The position numbers were made by a program, and so were the translations under genes. Below the pieces are notes generated by a model. The model saw only the letters and a program-made list of their open reading frames with translations, was not told where the DNA came from and ran no database searches. Below are positions 9,516 through 19,448 of a DNA stretch of 64,000 nucleotides, in pieces (within the stretch, counting starts at the first letter, position 1; each line of letters opens with the position of its first letter). The DNA comes from Bdellovibrionia bacterium (lineage in GTDB: Bacteria > Bdellovibrionota > Bdellovibrionia > Bdellovibrionales > JAUICD01), in NCBI GenBank assembly GCA_030427965.1, contig JAUICD010000010.1, positions 16,854 to 80,853 of the forward strand, read 5' to 3'.

Positions 9516-9531
9516 TGCAAAAGGGGAGCCA
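9516..9531 (-). promoter_or_regulatory. Sigma-54 (-24/-12) promoter for the cytochrome/DUF1501 operon
   Basis: TGGCTCCCCTTTTGCA, GG-N10-GC spacing, 26 nt upstream of ATG 9489. Confidence 0.7.
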
Positions 9532-9686
9532 CTCAAAGTCGACTCAAGAGGGTCTGAGGGGCTGATACCGTCAATGGGTTAGGCGACTGATCATTATATC
9601 AAAGTACCAAAATGAGAACACGGGCGAAGTTGACTGAGTTGTCATTTAGAAAATCTCTATATTTCTTGTGGTTTTAAAGTCTCACT

Positions 9687-10616
9687 TTAAGACAGTTTTC
9701 TCTGTCGATTTTGACTCTGTTTTTTGACACGCACTTTTGAGCCAATAGAGTGGTGATGTGCACAGTTTTTAGAACAGGTGTTATGGCTTGGAGAGGTTTC
9801 TAAGCATTTGTCACAGACCTTTGCGGGAGTCTTGCAGCGCTGACACTCTATAACGTCCTTTGCAGGTTGCCCACAATGTGGACAGAGAGCAAAGACTTGA
9901 GAGGGCTGGAGGTTTTGATCTACAGCCACGCGGTGATCAAAGACGAAACACTCGCCTTTCCAGTACTTATTGGGAGATTCTTTGAGATAGTTTAGTATCC
10001 CACCTTCAAGTTGATAGACAGATTTGTAGCCACGACGTTTTAGTTCTGGCACGGCTTTTTCACATCGAATGCCACCTGTACAGAACATGTAGATAGGTTG
10101 ATCTTTTGGTAAGCCCTGTGACTCTGCAACATCTGCAAAATCAGAAAACACTTCAATAGGGTAGGTGACGGCATCTTTAAATGTTCCAACTTCGGTTTCG
10201 TACCAATTTCGGGTATCAACAAGAATGCCTTTTTTTTCTTCGATGGCATGATTCCACTCTTGTGGAGAGAGATGGGTCTTTTCAGTTTCGTCTGTGGGAA
10301 GGACTTCAGGGTTTCCAAGAGTCACGATTTCAGTTCTGATTTGAACTTTCATAAGTCGAAATGGTTGAAAATCGCTTTTGGAATCTTTAAAAATCAAGTT
10401 TTGAAACTCGGTTTGACTGAGGAGTCGAGATTTGAATGTTTCTACAGCATCGGGGCTGCCTGCCAAAGTGGCGTTGATCCCTTCGGTGCCAATTAAAATA
10501 AGTCCCTTTAAATTGAGTCTTTCAGACTCATCTAACAATTGCTTTTCCAGAGTTGGAAGAAGGTCTTCGCTTAGAGAAACAAATTTGTAGAAAGTGGTAA
10601 CAGTGCATTCATTCAT
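9687..10616 (-). CDS. trhO: Rhodanese-domain tRNA uridine(34) hydroxylase
   Basis: EGINAT, DTRNWYE, FCTGGIRCEK, LEGGILNY, GECFVFDHR; Cys-rich C-terminus. Confidence 0.9.
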   Translation of the reverse strand: MNECTVTTFYKFVSLSEDLLPTLEKQLLDESERLNLKGLILIGTEGINATLAGSPDAVETFKSRLLSQTEFQNLIFKDSKSDFQPFRLMKVQIRTEIVTLGNPEVLPTDETEKTHLSPQEWNHAIEEKKGILVDTRNWYETEVGTFKDAVTYPIEVFSDFADVAESQGLPKDQPIYMFCTGGIRCEKAVPELKRRGYKSVYQLEGGILNYLKESPNKYWKGECFVFDHRVAVDQNLQPSQVFALCPHCGQPAKDVIECQRCKTPAKVCDKCLETSPSHNTCSKNCAHHHSIGSKVRVKKQSQNRQRKLS

Positions 10617-10661
10617 TTGGATTCACTTTTACTGTTTTTAAGCGGGAAATGTCAACAGGTC

Positions 10662-12386
10662 CTAAGAGATTGGAAGTCCAGCATCTTTCATAATTTTTAG
10701 GGCATTTGTAGTGGGTGATGGTCCCGATTGGAGTCTATAGCTGAAGAAATACTGTCCTTCTCGAAGCTCATCTGAAAAATGATAGTTTCGTATCTCAGGC
10801 GAGATCTTAGAAAGGGATGTGAGATCAAGATCATGAGTGGTAACAAGTCCAATATTTTGAGTTTTTAGTAAAGTTTTTATGATCGCTTCTGAGCCAACTC
10901 TTCTTTCTTGGTTGTTGGTTCCTTTAAAAATTTCATCAATTAAGAAAATAATAGGTTGATCAGACAATGCAGATTCCACAATATTTTTGATTCGAAGAAC
11001 TTCTGCATAGAAGTAGGATGTTTTTTCTTCGATTTGATCGGAAATACGAATACTGCTTTTTATGGGTGCAAGGTGAGTTGTCATTTTAGATGCGCAAACG
11101 GGGCCTCCAAGTAGTGCCATCATTTGATTGAGTCCGAGAGTTCTTAGAAATGTTGACTTTCCGCTCATGTTTGAACCAGTGATAAGTCCCATTCTAGAGC
11201 CCACATCTGCTGAGAATGAATTGGAAACGGATTCGTTTTGAGAAATAAGTGGATGGAAAAGATCGTCTGCTTCAAAGACTCTCTTGTTGGAAAAACTGGG
11301 GAGCGTTGAAGATTGGTAGTGATAAGTGGTTGTGAGGCAAGCAAGGTACTCATTGTGTACGTAGTGATTTAAGTTTTCACTAATATCTCGACGTATATCT
11401 TCAGCCAGTCGTTGGAATCTCTCTCCAAAAAAAATGTTCCAAGGTAAAATGAAGTTTACAACTAAAACAACCAAAGGGTGGCTCTGTATGCTAAGATACT
11501 CCGTTGTTTTCTCAATCTCTTTTATGGATTCTGTGATGCACGAATCTTTTGTTGAAGGAAAGATTTCTTTTTGCCCCTTGAAGTAGACAAGGTAGATATT
11601 GATTTTTCGAGATAGGCGAAGGGCTGAGGTAAAAGATTCTTTGGTTGTAAAGGCGCCAATAAGAGACAGGATGCCAAAAACACCCCAAACAGCACTAAAT
11701 GCAGTAAATGAAGTTTGATTCAGAAGGAGTAAAACGAATCCTGTAAGAGCTAGAAAGAAGACAAAATAGGTCAATCGGTACAGGTTTTTAAACCCTGCTG
11801 TAGTGACGTTGTAATCTAAAAGATGATGCAAATTGAGCTCTTCTGAATTGGCTTTGCAATTGGAAATCCAGTGTGAGATTTTACTTGTCTGAGTATTAAG
11901 GTTTTGAATATCAGCTTGGGTGGATTTGATAAACTCAAGATTGAGTTTTGGTGTCTGAATCCTAGATTTGAGCAACTGAGCTCCCTCAAGGGATAGAGTT
12001 TCATCTAAGAACCCGTGGAGTGAGCGTGGACCGAAGAGGTCGAGGTCATTTTCAATAGAATTGATATTGGGCTGTATGGATTTGTCAGTGAGTTTAAAAT
12101 CTCCAATAGAGCGTTGGTGCTGTCTATTGATAAACTCTTGATAGGCCTTTAAGCGTGAAATTTTAAGTTTGTATTCCCTTCCTTTTTTGTAAAAGTAGAC
12201 AAAGGCGGGTACAAGAATCGCTATTGCGAATATTTCAATGCGAAAGCCGGATGCAATTGTTGAAACTGTTAATAAAACAAAAAGAAGCACTCCAATGGCG
12301 AGTCTCCAATTGTAGGTTTTTTCTAATTGGTAGGATTTGAATTGGATAGCTTTTTCAAGTCTGTGGAATCTGCGCTCAAGAGTCAT
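10662..12386 (-). CDS. Membrane-associated MutS-domain-V ATPase
   Basis: TM helices then HPL, ITGSNMSGKSTFLR, SYFYAE, LIDEIFKGTN, TTHD; start could be 12437. Confidence 0.85.
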   Translation of the reverse strand: MTLERRFHRLEKAIQFKSYQLEKTYNWRLAIGVLLFVLLTVSTIASGFRIEIFAIAILVPAFVYFYKKGREYKLKISRLKAYQEFINRQHQRSIGDFKLTDKSIQPNINSIENDLDLFGPRSLHGFLDETLSLEGAQLLKSRIQTPKLNLEFIKSTQADIQNLNTQTSKISHWISNCKANSEELNLHHLLDYNVTTAGFKNLYRLTYFVFFLALTGFVLLLLNQTSFTAFSAVWGVFGILSLIGAFTTKESFTSALRLSRKINIYLVYFKGQKEIFPSTKDSCITESIKEIEKTTEYLSIQSHPLVVLVVNFILPWNIFFGERFQRLAEDIRRDISENLNHYVHNEYLACLTTTYHYQSSTLPSFSNKRVFEADDLFHPLISQNESVSNSFSADVGSRMGLITGSNMSGKSTFLRTLGLNQMMALLGGPVCASKMTTHLAPIKSSIRISDQIEEKTSYFYAEVLRIKNIVESALSDQPIIFLIDEIFKGTNNQERRVGSEAIIKTLLKTQNIGLVTTHDLDLTSLSKISPEIRNYHFSDELREGQYFFSYRLQSGPSPTTNALKIMKDAGLPIS

Positions 12387-12534
12387 TTTGGTAGTGTATC
12401 GATCTTTCGATCTTTGGCCAACGGCTGTTGGTGTCATTTCGCTTATGTATGAAGCGTTTTAGAAAGCTCAAATTGCTATGCCTGCCAAATTATGCTTTAA
12501 AAGACCCGGTTTCAATCAATCCGGGGGGGGATTT

Positions 12535-13272
12535 ATGCGTGTTTTTGTTGTTTTTTTGGTTCTGTTTGCAAGTGTGTTAGCAGGTGCGCAGACTCGTATT
12601 AAGTCTCATTTTTTAAAAGAGATCTCTGAATCTGAAAGCTATGTTCCTGCTGAATTTGCACTTAGAGCAGTCCAAGCAGTCACATTTTCTTTTCATACAG
12701 ATTCAGATCTACAGGTAGCAGATTATAAGGAATCTTCTTTTGGAGATCGTATTCTCCTTTACCGTCCATACTTTGTTGTTTCATCAGGGTTTGTTAAGCT
12801 TAAAGATATGACACCAGATGTTGCGGCTCCGTTTTTTGAGGCGGTGTTTTTAAAGTGGGTCAACCAAGAGAGGAAATCCAATCCATCGTATAGAAACTGG
12901 ATGAACAGTGAGGCCCAGAGAGTTTACACAGACATTCCAAGAGAGAAGAGGTTAGAGGTTTTTCTTGACGCTCAAGCACAGTGGGTTGGGCATATGATGA
13001 GCATCGTAATTTTGATTGAACGATCTTATAATCGAATCGGGAACAGGCTATGTGAGAGGTTTGAAACACCAATATTTCGAATGTGGGAAAGAAATTTTGT
13101 CGACACTCATTTTTTTGGTGGCTATTACTCCAGAAATAGATGGACTCACACTGGTAAGAACTTACTAAGAGAGCATAGAGTGGCTTTGACAAGTTCGGTT
13201 TTTGAAGAACGTTGGGTGGGTCAGGCGAGGATGGATTTTCAGAGATATTGCGAAAAAAGTTTGGTTCAATAG
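12535..13272 (+). CDS. Hypothetical secreted protein
   Basis: Signal peptide MRVFVVFLVLFASVLAGA after a G-rich RBS. Confidence 0.7.
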   Translation: MRVFVVFLVLFASVLAGAQTRIKSHFLKEISESESYVPAEFALRAVQAVTFSFHTDSDLQVADYKESSFGDRILLYRPYFVVSSGFVKLKDMTPDVAAPFFEAVFLKWVNQERKSNPSYRNWMNSEAQRVYTDIPREKRLEVFLDAQAQWVGHMMSIVILIERSYNRIGNRLCERFETPIFRMWERNFVDTHFFGGYYSRNRWTHTGKNLLREHRVALTSSVFEERWVGQARMDFQRYCEKSLVQ

Positions 13273-13340
13273 AAATTGCATAGCAGCATATGGAGCAAAT
13301 GATATCGTCTGGAAGACAGTTGTGTTAAATACTTTCGACT

Positions 13341-14252
13341 ATGCAGCGTCCGCTTGAAGTTCAAAATCTTGTAAAGTCCTATGGTTCTGTAGAAGCTGTA
13401 AAAGGTGTTAGCTTTGAAATTGAACCTGGGGAAATCTTTGGTTTGCTTGGTCCTAATGGAGCTGGGAAAACATCGATTATTTCAGTTATTACAACTCTTG
13501 AAAAGGCGACTTCGGGTTCTGTCAGTATCTTTGGCGAGGACTCTTCAAAGTCTTTAAAGAGTATCAAAAGCCGTCTTGGGTTTGTTCCTCAAGAAATTGT
13601 GAGTCACGGTTTTTTTAAGGTCGAAGAAATTCTTCATTTCTTTTCAGGATATTTTGGTTTGAAGGACAACAAGAAAAGAGTGGATCAGCTCCTAAAAAGA
13701 CTTGGGCTTTGGGAGCATAAAGACAAGAAAATTCCTCAGTTGAGTGGAGGGATGAAACGTCGGTTTATGATTGCAAAGGCTCTTGTCCACTCTCCTGAGT
13801 TACTTCTTCTTGATGAGCCTACAGCAGGTGTAGATATTGAATTGAGAGAATCTCTTTGGAGTTTTGTCAGAGAACTCAATCAAGAAGAAGGGATGAGTAT
13901 TCTATTGACCACTCATTATTTGGAAGAAGCAGAAATGCTTTGTAATCGAGTGGGGATTCTCAACCTTGGTGAGCTTAAAGAGATTGGTCCGACTGGAAGT
14001 CTGATAAAAGAACTCACTTTAAGAAAGATTGTGCTGAAGTTCCACAAAGAGATGGAAAGCTTTCAGTCTCCTTATGTTATTAGCCAGCAAAGCAAAGAAG
14101 CCACCTTTCAAATTCCTTACAAAATGGGGGTGGGTGACCTTTTGACAGAATTGAAACTGGACATGTCTTCTCTTATGGATCTTGAGGTTCAAGAGGGGGA
14201 TCTTGAAGATGTCTTTGTTCAAGTCATTCGAAAGGAGTCTATAAATGTCTAG
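13341..14252 (+). CDS. ABC-2 transporter ATP-binding protein (YadG-like)
   Basis: GPNGAGKT, LSGGMKRR, LLLLDEPTAGVD, TTHYLEEA. Confidence 0.93.
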   Translation: MQRPLEVQNLVKSYGSVEAVKGVSFEIEPGEIFGLLGPNGAGKTSIISVITTLEKATSGSVSIFGEDSSKSLKSIKSRLGFVPQEIVSHGFFKVEEILHFFSGYFGLKDNKKRVDQLLKRLGLWEHKDKKIPQLSGGMKRRFMIAKALVHSPELLLLDEPTAGVDIELRESLWSFVRELNQEEGMSILLTTHYLEEAEMLCNRVGILNLGELKEIGPTGSLIKELTLRKIVLKFHKEMESFQSPYVISQQSKEATFQIPYKMGVGDLLTELKLDMSSLMDLEVQEGDLEDVFVQVIRKESINV

Positions 14253-15069
14253 TTCAATTTCTAGTGCTACACCACTAAGTGAACGAAGTCTTGAGGCGAG
14301 GCCATTTCTGACTTTTTTATGGAAAGAGATCCGGCGGTTTTGGAAGGTACGAAGCCAAACCGTGTTTTCTCCACTTATACAAAGTACACTTTACTTGCTC
14401 ATATTTGGAGTGAGTCTTGGGAAAAGTGTTGTGATGGCAAGTGGTATTACCTATATGGAGTTTTTGATTCCAGGACTTGTTATGATGTCTTCGCTCAATA
14501 ACGCTTTTCAAAACTGTGCAGGTTCGATTGTGACCTCCAAGTTTCATGGTGATATCCAAGATCTGAAAATCATACCTCTTTCGGATTATCAAATTGTTAT
14601 TGGATTAGGTTTGGGTGGAATTGTTAGAGGTTTTGCTGTTGCATTGGTGACTTTTCTGACTTGTGAGGTTTTCTTTTACTTCACACACGACAGGATTCTA
14701 ATGGTTCAAAACCCGATGTTGCTTTTGTTGTTTTTATTTTTAGGCTCTATGGCATTTGGTTTTCTTGGAGTGACAACGGGTTTTTGGGCAAAGGGTTTTG
14801 AATATGTAAATGCAATTGGAGGATTTGTTCTTCTGCCTCTCTTGTATCTTGGTGGAGTGTTTTACTCAATTGAGACGCTTCATCCGAGTTGGCAATTTGT
14901 TTCTAAGTTGAATCCACTTTTGTATTTTGTAAACGGAGTTCGCTATGCCTATCTTGGAGAAAGCGATGTCAGTTGGGTGACTTGCTTGGGAGTTACATTC
15001 TTGACGGTATTTGTTTTTATGGTTCTCTCTGTAATGGCTTACAAACGTGGTTCTTTTCATAGGTGGTAG
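14245..15069 (+). CDS. ABC-2 transporter permease (YadH-like)
   Basis: KEIRRF..V..QT, YMEFLIPGL, LGGVFYSI, NPLLYFVNG; multiple TM helices. Confidence 0.9.
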   Translation: MSSSISSATPLSERSLEARPFLTFLWKEIRRFWKVRSQTVFSPLIQSTLYLLIFGVSLGKSVVMASGITYMEFLIPGLVMMSSLNNAFQNCAGSIVTSKFHGDIQDLKIIPLSDYQIVIGLGLGGIVRGFAVALVTFLTCEVFFYFTHDRILMVQNPMLLLLFLFLGSMAFGFLGVTTGFWAKGFEYVNAIGGFVLLPLLYLGGVFYSIETLHPSWQFVSKLNPLLYFVNGVRYAYLGESDVSWVTCLGVTFLTVFVFMVLSVMAYKRGSFHRW

Positions 15070-15070
15070 A

Positions 15071-16417
15071 ATGTTTGATCAACTTTCAGATAAGATTTTA
15101 GGTAGCTTTAAAAAACTTGGTGGCCGAGGCAAAATCACAGAAGCCAATGTCGAAGAGGCGATAAAAGAAATTCGGTTGGGGTTGTTGGAAGCAGACGTCA
15201 ATTTTAAAGTGGTCCGAGAGTTTGTTAACCGAGTTAAAGCAAAAGCAGTTGGTCATGGAGTTACAAAGGGAGTTACGGCTGCCCAAGAGTTTACAAAAAT
15301 TGTTCATGATGAGCTTGTTGAAATTTTAGGTGGTGGTGCTGAACAACTCAATATTCGTTCAAAGCCTGCTGTTATTTTCCTAGTTGGGCTTCAAGGTGCT
15401 GGTAAAACAACAACTGCAGCAAAGTTGGCTCGGCATATTCGTGATAAAATGAGCAAGAAACCAGGTCTTGTCCCTTGTGATGTTTATAGACCTGCGGCGA
15501 TTGACCAATTGAAAACTTTGGGTGAGCAGAATCAACTTGCAGTGTTTGACACTCAAGCTGGGGATCGGCCTGTTGAAATTTTAAAGAGCACAAGATCTTG
15601 GGCTGAAAAAGAGATGATCGATGTTGTGATTGTGGATACAGCAGGTCGATTGCAAATTGATGATGATCTTATGGGTGAGCTTGAGGCGCTTAAGTCTGAG
15701 TGGAACCCTGATGAAATTCTTTTGGTTGCAGATGCGATGCTTGGCCAGCAGTCAGTTAATGTTGCAGACGGGTTTCACTCTCGTCTTGGGCTAACAGGCC
15801 TTGTGTTGACCAAGGTGGATGGGGATGCCCGAGGGGGAGCCGCTCTGAGTATTCGTGAAGCTACGGGTGTCTCGATCAAGTTTTTGGGTGTGGGTGAAAA
15901 AACAGATGCGCTTGAGATCTTCCATCCGGATCGTTTGGCCTCAAGGATTCTAGATCAAGGGGATGTCGTTTCTTTAGTTGAAAAGGCTCAAGAGGTTATT
16001 GATGAGGATCAAGCCAAAGCCACAGCCAAGAAAATGGCGAGAAATGAATTCACGGTGGATGACTTTTTGGCTCAGCTTCGACAGATGAAAAAACTTGGGC
16101 CAATGGAAAATATTATGAAAATGCTTCCTGGGATGGGGCAGGCAATGAAGCAGATGAAGGGGATGACCCCACCAGACAAAGAGCTGAAAAAAATAGAGGC
16201 AATGATCTGTAGTATGACGTTGAAAGAACGTGAGAATCACAAAATACTGAATGGTTCCAGGAGATTGCGGATAGCCAAGGGAAGCGGAACAGCAGTTAGT
16301 GATGTAAATAAATTCATTCGACAGTTTGAAAATATGAAGAAAATGATGTCCCGCATGATGAAGATGGGCCTCGGGCGTGGTGGGGGAATGCCTGGTGGTT
16401 TTGGCCTTCCGTTTTGA
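15071..16417 (+). CDS. ffh: Signal recognition particle protein
   Basis: LLEADV, GLQGAGKTT, DTAGR, TKVDGDARGG, Met-rich M domain. Confidence 0.98.
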   Translation: MFDQLSDKILGSFKKLGGRGKITEANVEEAIKEIRLGLLEADVNFKVVREFVNRVKAKAVGHGVTKGVTAAQEFTKIVHDELVEILGGGAEQLNIRSKPAVIFLVGLQGAGKTTTAAKLARHIRDKMSKKPGLVPCDVYRPAAIDQLKTLGEQNQLAVFDTQAGDRPVEILKSTRSWAEKEMIDVVIVDTAGRLQIDDDLMGELEALKSEWNPDEILLVADAMLGQQSVNVADGFHSRLGLTGLVLTKVDGDARGGAALSIREATGVSIKFLGVGEKTDALEIFHPDRLASRILDQGDVVSLVEKAQEVIDEDQAKATAKKMARNEFTVDDFLAQLRQMKKLGPMENIMKMLPGMGQAMKQMKGMTPPDKELKKIEAMICSMTLKERENHKILNGSRRLRIAKGSGTAVSDVNKFIRQFENMKKMMSRMMKMGLGRGGGMPGGFGLPF

Positions 16418-16527
16418 AGAGGTCTAAACGTTTAGAATATCTTAATAATATAACGGTTGCATGGGGCGCCAAAATTCGGTAAACGAACTTCTTTGAAGGC
16501 AATCCCAGTGGAAAAAGGAGAAGCTTA

Positions 16528-16779
16528 ATGGTTGTTATTCGATTGGCTCGCGGTGGAAATAAGCGAAGCCCGAAATACAGAATCACGGTTGCAGATCAGC
16601 GTCGTTGGCGCAATGGTCGATTTATTGAGATCTTAGGTTATTACCACCCAGATGCAAGTGGCCAGGATAAGGAGCTTGTTTTGGATATGGAAAAGGCTCA
16701 AGACTGGGTCAAAAAAGGTGCACAGCCTTCTGATCGAGTAAAAAAGTTGTTTGAAAAGGCGAAGACCTCTGCAAATTAA
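16528..16779 (+). CDS. rpsP: 30S ribosomal protein S16
   Basis: MVVIRLARGG, GRFIEILGYY, GAQPSDRV. Confidence 0.98.
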   Translation: MVVIRLARGGNKRSPKYRITVADQRRWRNGRFIEILGYYHPDASGQDKELVLDMEKAQDWVKKGAQPSDRVKKLFEKAKTSAN

Positions 16780-16815
16780 TAGGGATTATGCAGAGAGGAG
16801 ACGAGGGAGTTGTAA

Positions 16816-17061
16816 ATGGATTATTCGAGCCTGAAAGACCTAGTTGAGTTCATGGCAAAATCGCTTGTAGATAAGCCAGATGAAGTCGAAGTCAATGAAG
16901 TTATCGGAGAGCAAACCACAGTGGTGGAACTCAAAGTATCTAAAGAAGATTTAGGCAAAGTGATTGGAAAGCAAGGTCGTACAGCACGATCCATGAGAAC
17001 AATCTTAAATGCAGCAAGTACGAAACTTCAGAAAAGAAGTGTTCTGGAAATCGTAGAGTAG
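16816..17061 (+). CDS. khpA: KH-domain RNA-binding protein
   Basis: [13 protein letters not shown]; canonical position after rpsP. Confidence 0.92.
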   Translation: MDYSSLKDLVEFMAKSLVDKPDEVEVNEVIGEQTTVVELKVSKEDLGKVIGKQGRTARSMRTILNAASTKLQKRSVLEIVE

Positions 17062-17087
17062 ATAGAAAAATAAATATGCAAAATTTG

Positions 17088-17120
17088 AACGGCATCACGT
17101 AAGAAGCGTGGTGCCGTTTT
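17088..17120 (+). terminator. Intrinsic terminator/attenuator hairpin between khpA and rimM
   Basis: AACGGCATCACG-N7-CGTGGTGCCGTT 12-bp stem ending in a short T run. Confidence 0.6.
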
Positions 17121-17140
17121 ACATTAAAGGTGATTGGGTT

Positions 17141-17680
17141 ATGGAGAACTGGATAACAGTAGCTAAAATTAGAGATGCTCATGGGTTAAAGGGTGAGCTT
17201 TTTGTAGTCCCACTTTCCAAGACGGCAGAGTGGATGGAGGGGCTTGATTCTCTGCAGATCGTTTTAAAAACACAGAATGAATCAGGTGAAACACAAGAAA
17301 GTGTGACAGATCATCAAATCACACGAAGCAAGCCCCATAAAGTAGGTTTGATCGTAAAACTTGTAGGTGTTGAGGACAGAAATGAGGCCGAGCGTTTGAG
17401 GGGCGCGCGTATCCGAATTCAAGAAGATCATTTACGTACAAACCCTGGTGAAAACTTTTATCTCAAAGAAATTGAAGGGTTTGAGATTCAAACGGCAAAA
17501 GAAGGAGTGATTGGTAAAATCGTCGCATTTTCCTCTAACGGTCCCCAAGACCTTTTGGTCGTTGAGCAAAGCAATGAAAACAAAGTTGAAATTCCTCTTG
17601 TGGATGATTTTATCGAAGAGATTTTATGGGAGAAAAGGATTATTCAAATGAATCTCCCTGAAGGTATCTTGGAGGTTTGA
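17141..17680 (+). CDS. rimM: Ribosome maturation factor
   Basis: AHGLKGE, DRNEAERLRG, QDLLVV, IPLV; synteny. Confidence 0.95.
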   Translation: MENWITVAKIRDAHGLKGELFVVPLSKTAEWMEGLDSLQIVLKTQNESGETQESVTDHQITRSKPHKVGLIVKLVGVEDRNEAERLRGARIRIQEDHLRTNPGENFYLKEIEGFEIQTAKEGVIGKIVAFSSNGPQDLLVVEQSNENKVEIPLVDDFIEEILWEKRIIQMNLPEGILEV

Positions 17681-17683
17681 ACA

Positions 17684-18460
17684 ATGCGTTTTGATGTGGT
17701 GACTCTTTTTCCTGAAATTTTTGAAAGTGCTCTTTCAAAAGGGATTGTTGGACAAAATATTTCTGATGAGAATGTAGAACTAAAGCTTATCAATTTGAGA
17801 AATTTTTCAGAAACAAAATACAAACATGTCGATGATCGCCCATTTGGTGGTGGAGATGGAATGATACTTTCAGCAGGTCCACTGACACGCGCGATTCGCT
17901 CTGTAGACAAAGTCAGTGAGAAGCGCAAGGTTGTGTACTTATCCCCTCAGGGGAGAAAGCTCAGTGATAGGTATGCACGTGAGCTTTCCGAATTGGATCA
18001 ATTGGTTTTGATTTGTGGGCGTTATGGTGGGGTGGATGAAAGAGTTATCGCCAGTGAAGTGGACGAAGAGCTCTCTATTGGGGATTATGTTTTGTCTGGT
18101 GGAGAATACGGTGCCTTGGTTGTAATAGACGTGATTGCTCGACTTCTTCCTGGTGTGCTGGGGAACGAGGACTCTAGGGATTTTGATACTTTCTCTGATG
18201 GTTTGCTTGAAGCTCCTCAGTTTACAAGGCCTCGGGTATTTGAAGGCTCTGAAGTGCCAAGTTCACTACTTAATGGAAATCATAAAGAGATTGAGGATTG
18301 GCGGTTTTTACTATCTGTTTTGCGGACATCCTTTCGACGCCCAGATTTGATAGAGAAGTCGAGTTTAACCGAATTGGACATAAAGAGATCTATGGATTTT
18401 TACGCTTCCCTTTCTTATTTAGAGCGACGTGAATTGGGCTTACCTGAAGAGATCTGTTGA
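17684..18460 (+). CDS. trmD: tRNA (guanine37-N1)-methyltransferase
   Basis: VDDRPFGGGDGM, CGRYGGVDER, SIGDYVLSGGE. Confidence 0.97.
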   Translation: MRFDVVTLFPEIFESALSKGIVGQNISDENVELKLINLRNFSETKYKHVDDRPFGGGDGMILSAGPLTRAIRSVDKVSEKRKVVYLSPQGRKLSDRYARELSELDQLVLICGRYGGVDERVIASEVDEELSIGDYVLSGGEYGALVVIDVIARLLPGVLGNEDSRDFDTFSDGLLEAPQFTRPRVFEGSEVPSSLLNGNHKEIEDWRFLLSVLRTSFRRPDLIEKSSLTELDIKRSMDFYASLSYLERRELGLPEEIC

Positions 18461-19008
18461 AAATGCATCCTTTGGCTGTTGTGCTTGTTCATCACCCTGT
18501 AAAAGACAAAGTCGGAGATATGATTGCGACTAACATTACGAATTTGGACATTCATGATATCGCAAGAGTGGCTCGGGTTTATGGTGTAGAAAAATATTTC
18601 ATTGTTCACCCAAGGATGGATCAACTCACCTTTGTTCATCGAATATTGGATCACTGGCGAGTGGGTTATGGGGCAAGTTACAATAGCAAACGCAAAATGG
18701 CTCTTGAGCCTGTGGAGACAGCCAAATCCCTAGGTGAAGTGAAAAGAGTCTTTTACCCAGAGGCTGTGTTTATAGCGACTTCTGCAAGCAAGAGTGACAC
18801 AGGGGTGACCTACTCAGAGATTCGTGAATTATTGAAGAATCAGCCTGTCGTATTGGTATTTGGGACAGGCTATGGTCTTCATGAAGATCTTTTAGCTGAA
18901 TGTGATGGTATATTGGAGCCAATAGTGGGGGCGAGCGAAGATGATTACAGACATCTTTCGGTGAGGTCGGCGGTGAGCATCAGTCTTGACCGCGTGTGCC
19001 GACCGTGA
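18457..19008 (+). CDS. SPOUT RNA methyltransferase (DUF2168-like, TrmD-associated)
   Basis: LVHHPV, TNLDIHDIAR, FGTGYGL, YRHLSVRSA. Confidence 0.85.
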   Translation: MKMHPLAVVLVHHPVKDKVGDMIATNITNLDIHDIARVARVYGVEKYFIVHPRMDQLTFVHRILDHWRVGYGASYNSKRKMALEPVETAKSLGEVKRVFYPEAVFIATSASKSDTGVTYSEIRELLKNQPVVLVFGTGYGLHEDLLAECDGILEPIVGASEDDYRHLSVRSAVSISLDRVCRP

Positions 19009-19038
19009 TACCTAAGCCATTGTTTAAGGGAGTCCATC

Positions 19039-19443
19039 ATGCAGGATATTGTGCGCCGCATTGCAAGTCAAAAAACGAGTTCAAACGTCAAAGTCAATTT
19101 TAAGACGGGTGACACCGTTGAAGTTCACGTTCGAGTTAAAGAGGGTGAAAAAGAAAGAATTCAGATTTTCAAAGGACTCGTTATAAAGGTTCAAGGCTCT
19201 GGATCAGGCAGATCCTTTACAGTGAGAAAAATGTCAGATGGTGTTGGGGTTGAGAGGACTTTCCCTTTTACAAGCCCTGCAGTTGAAAAAGTCAGACTTA
19301 TTTCTCATGGAACAGTAAGACGATCACGTCTTTATTACATTCGCAACCGACGTGGTAAATCAGCCCGTATTGCGTTTGAGCTAGCTCGTGATCCAGATGG
19401 TAAGGCTGCAGAAAAAGCTAAGCCAGTAGCTTCCAAAGAATAA
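19039..19443 (+). CDS. rplS: 50S ribosomal protein L19
   Basis: GDTVEVH, EGEKERIQ, FTVRK, GVERTFP, VRRSRLYY. Confidence 0.98.
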   Translation: MQDIVRRIASQKTSSNVKVNFKTGDTVEVHVRVKEGEKERIQIFKGLVIKVQGSGSGRSFTVRKMSDGVGVERTFPFTSPAVEKVRLISHGTVRRSRLYYIRNRRGKSARIAFELARDPDGKAAEKAKPVASKE

Positions 19444-19448
19444 TCTAA

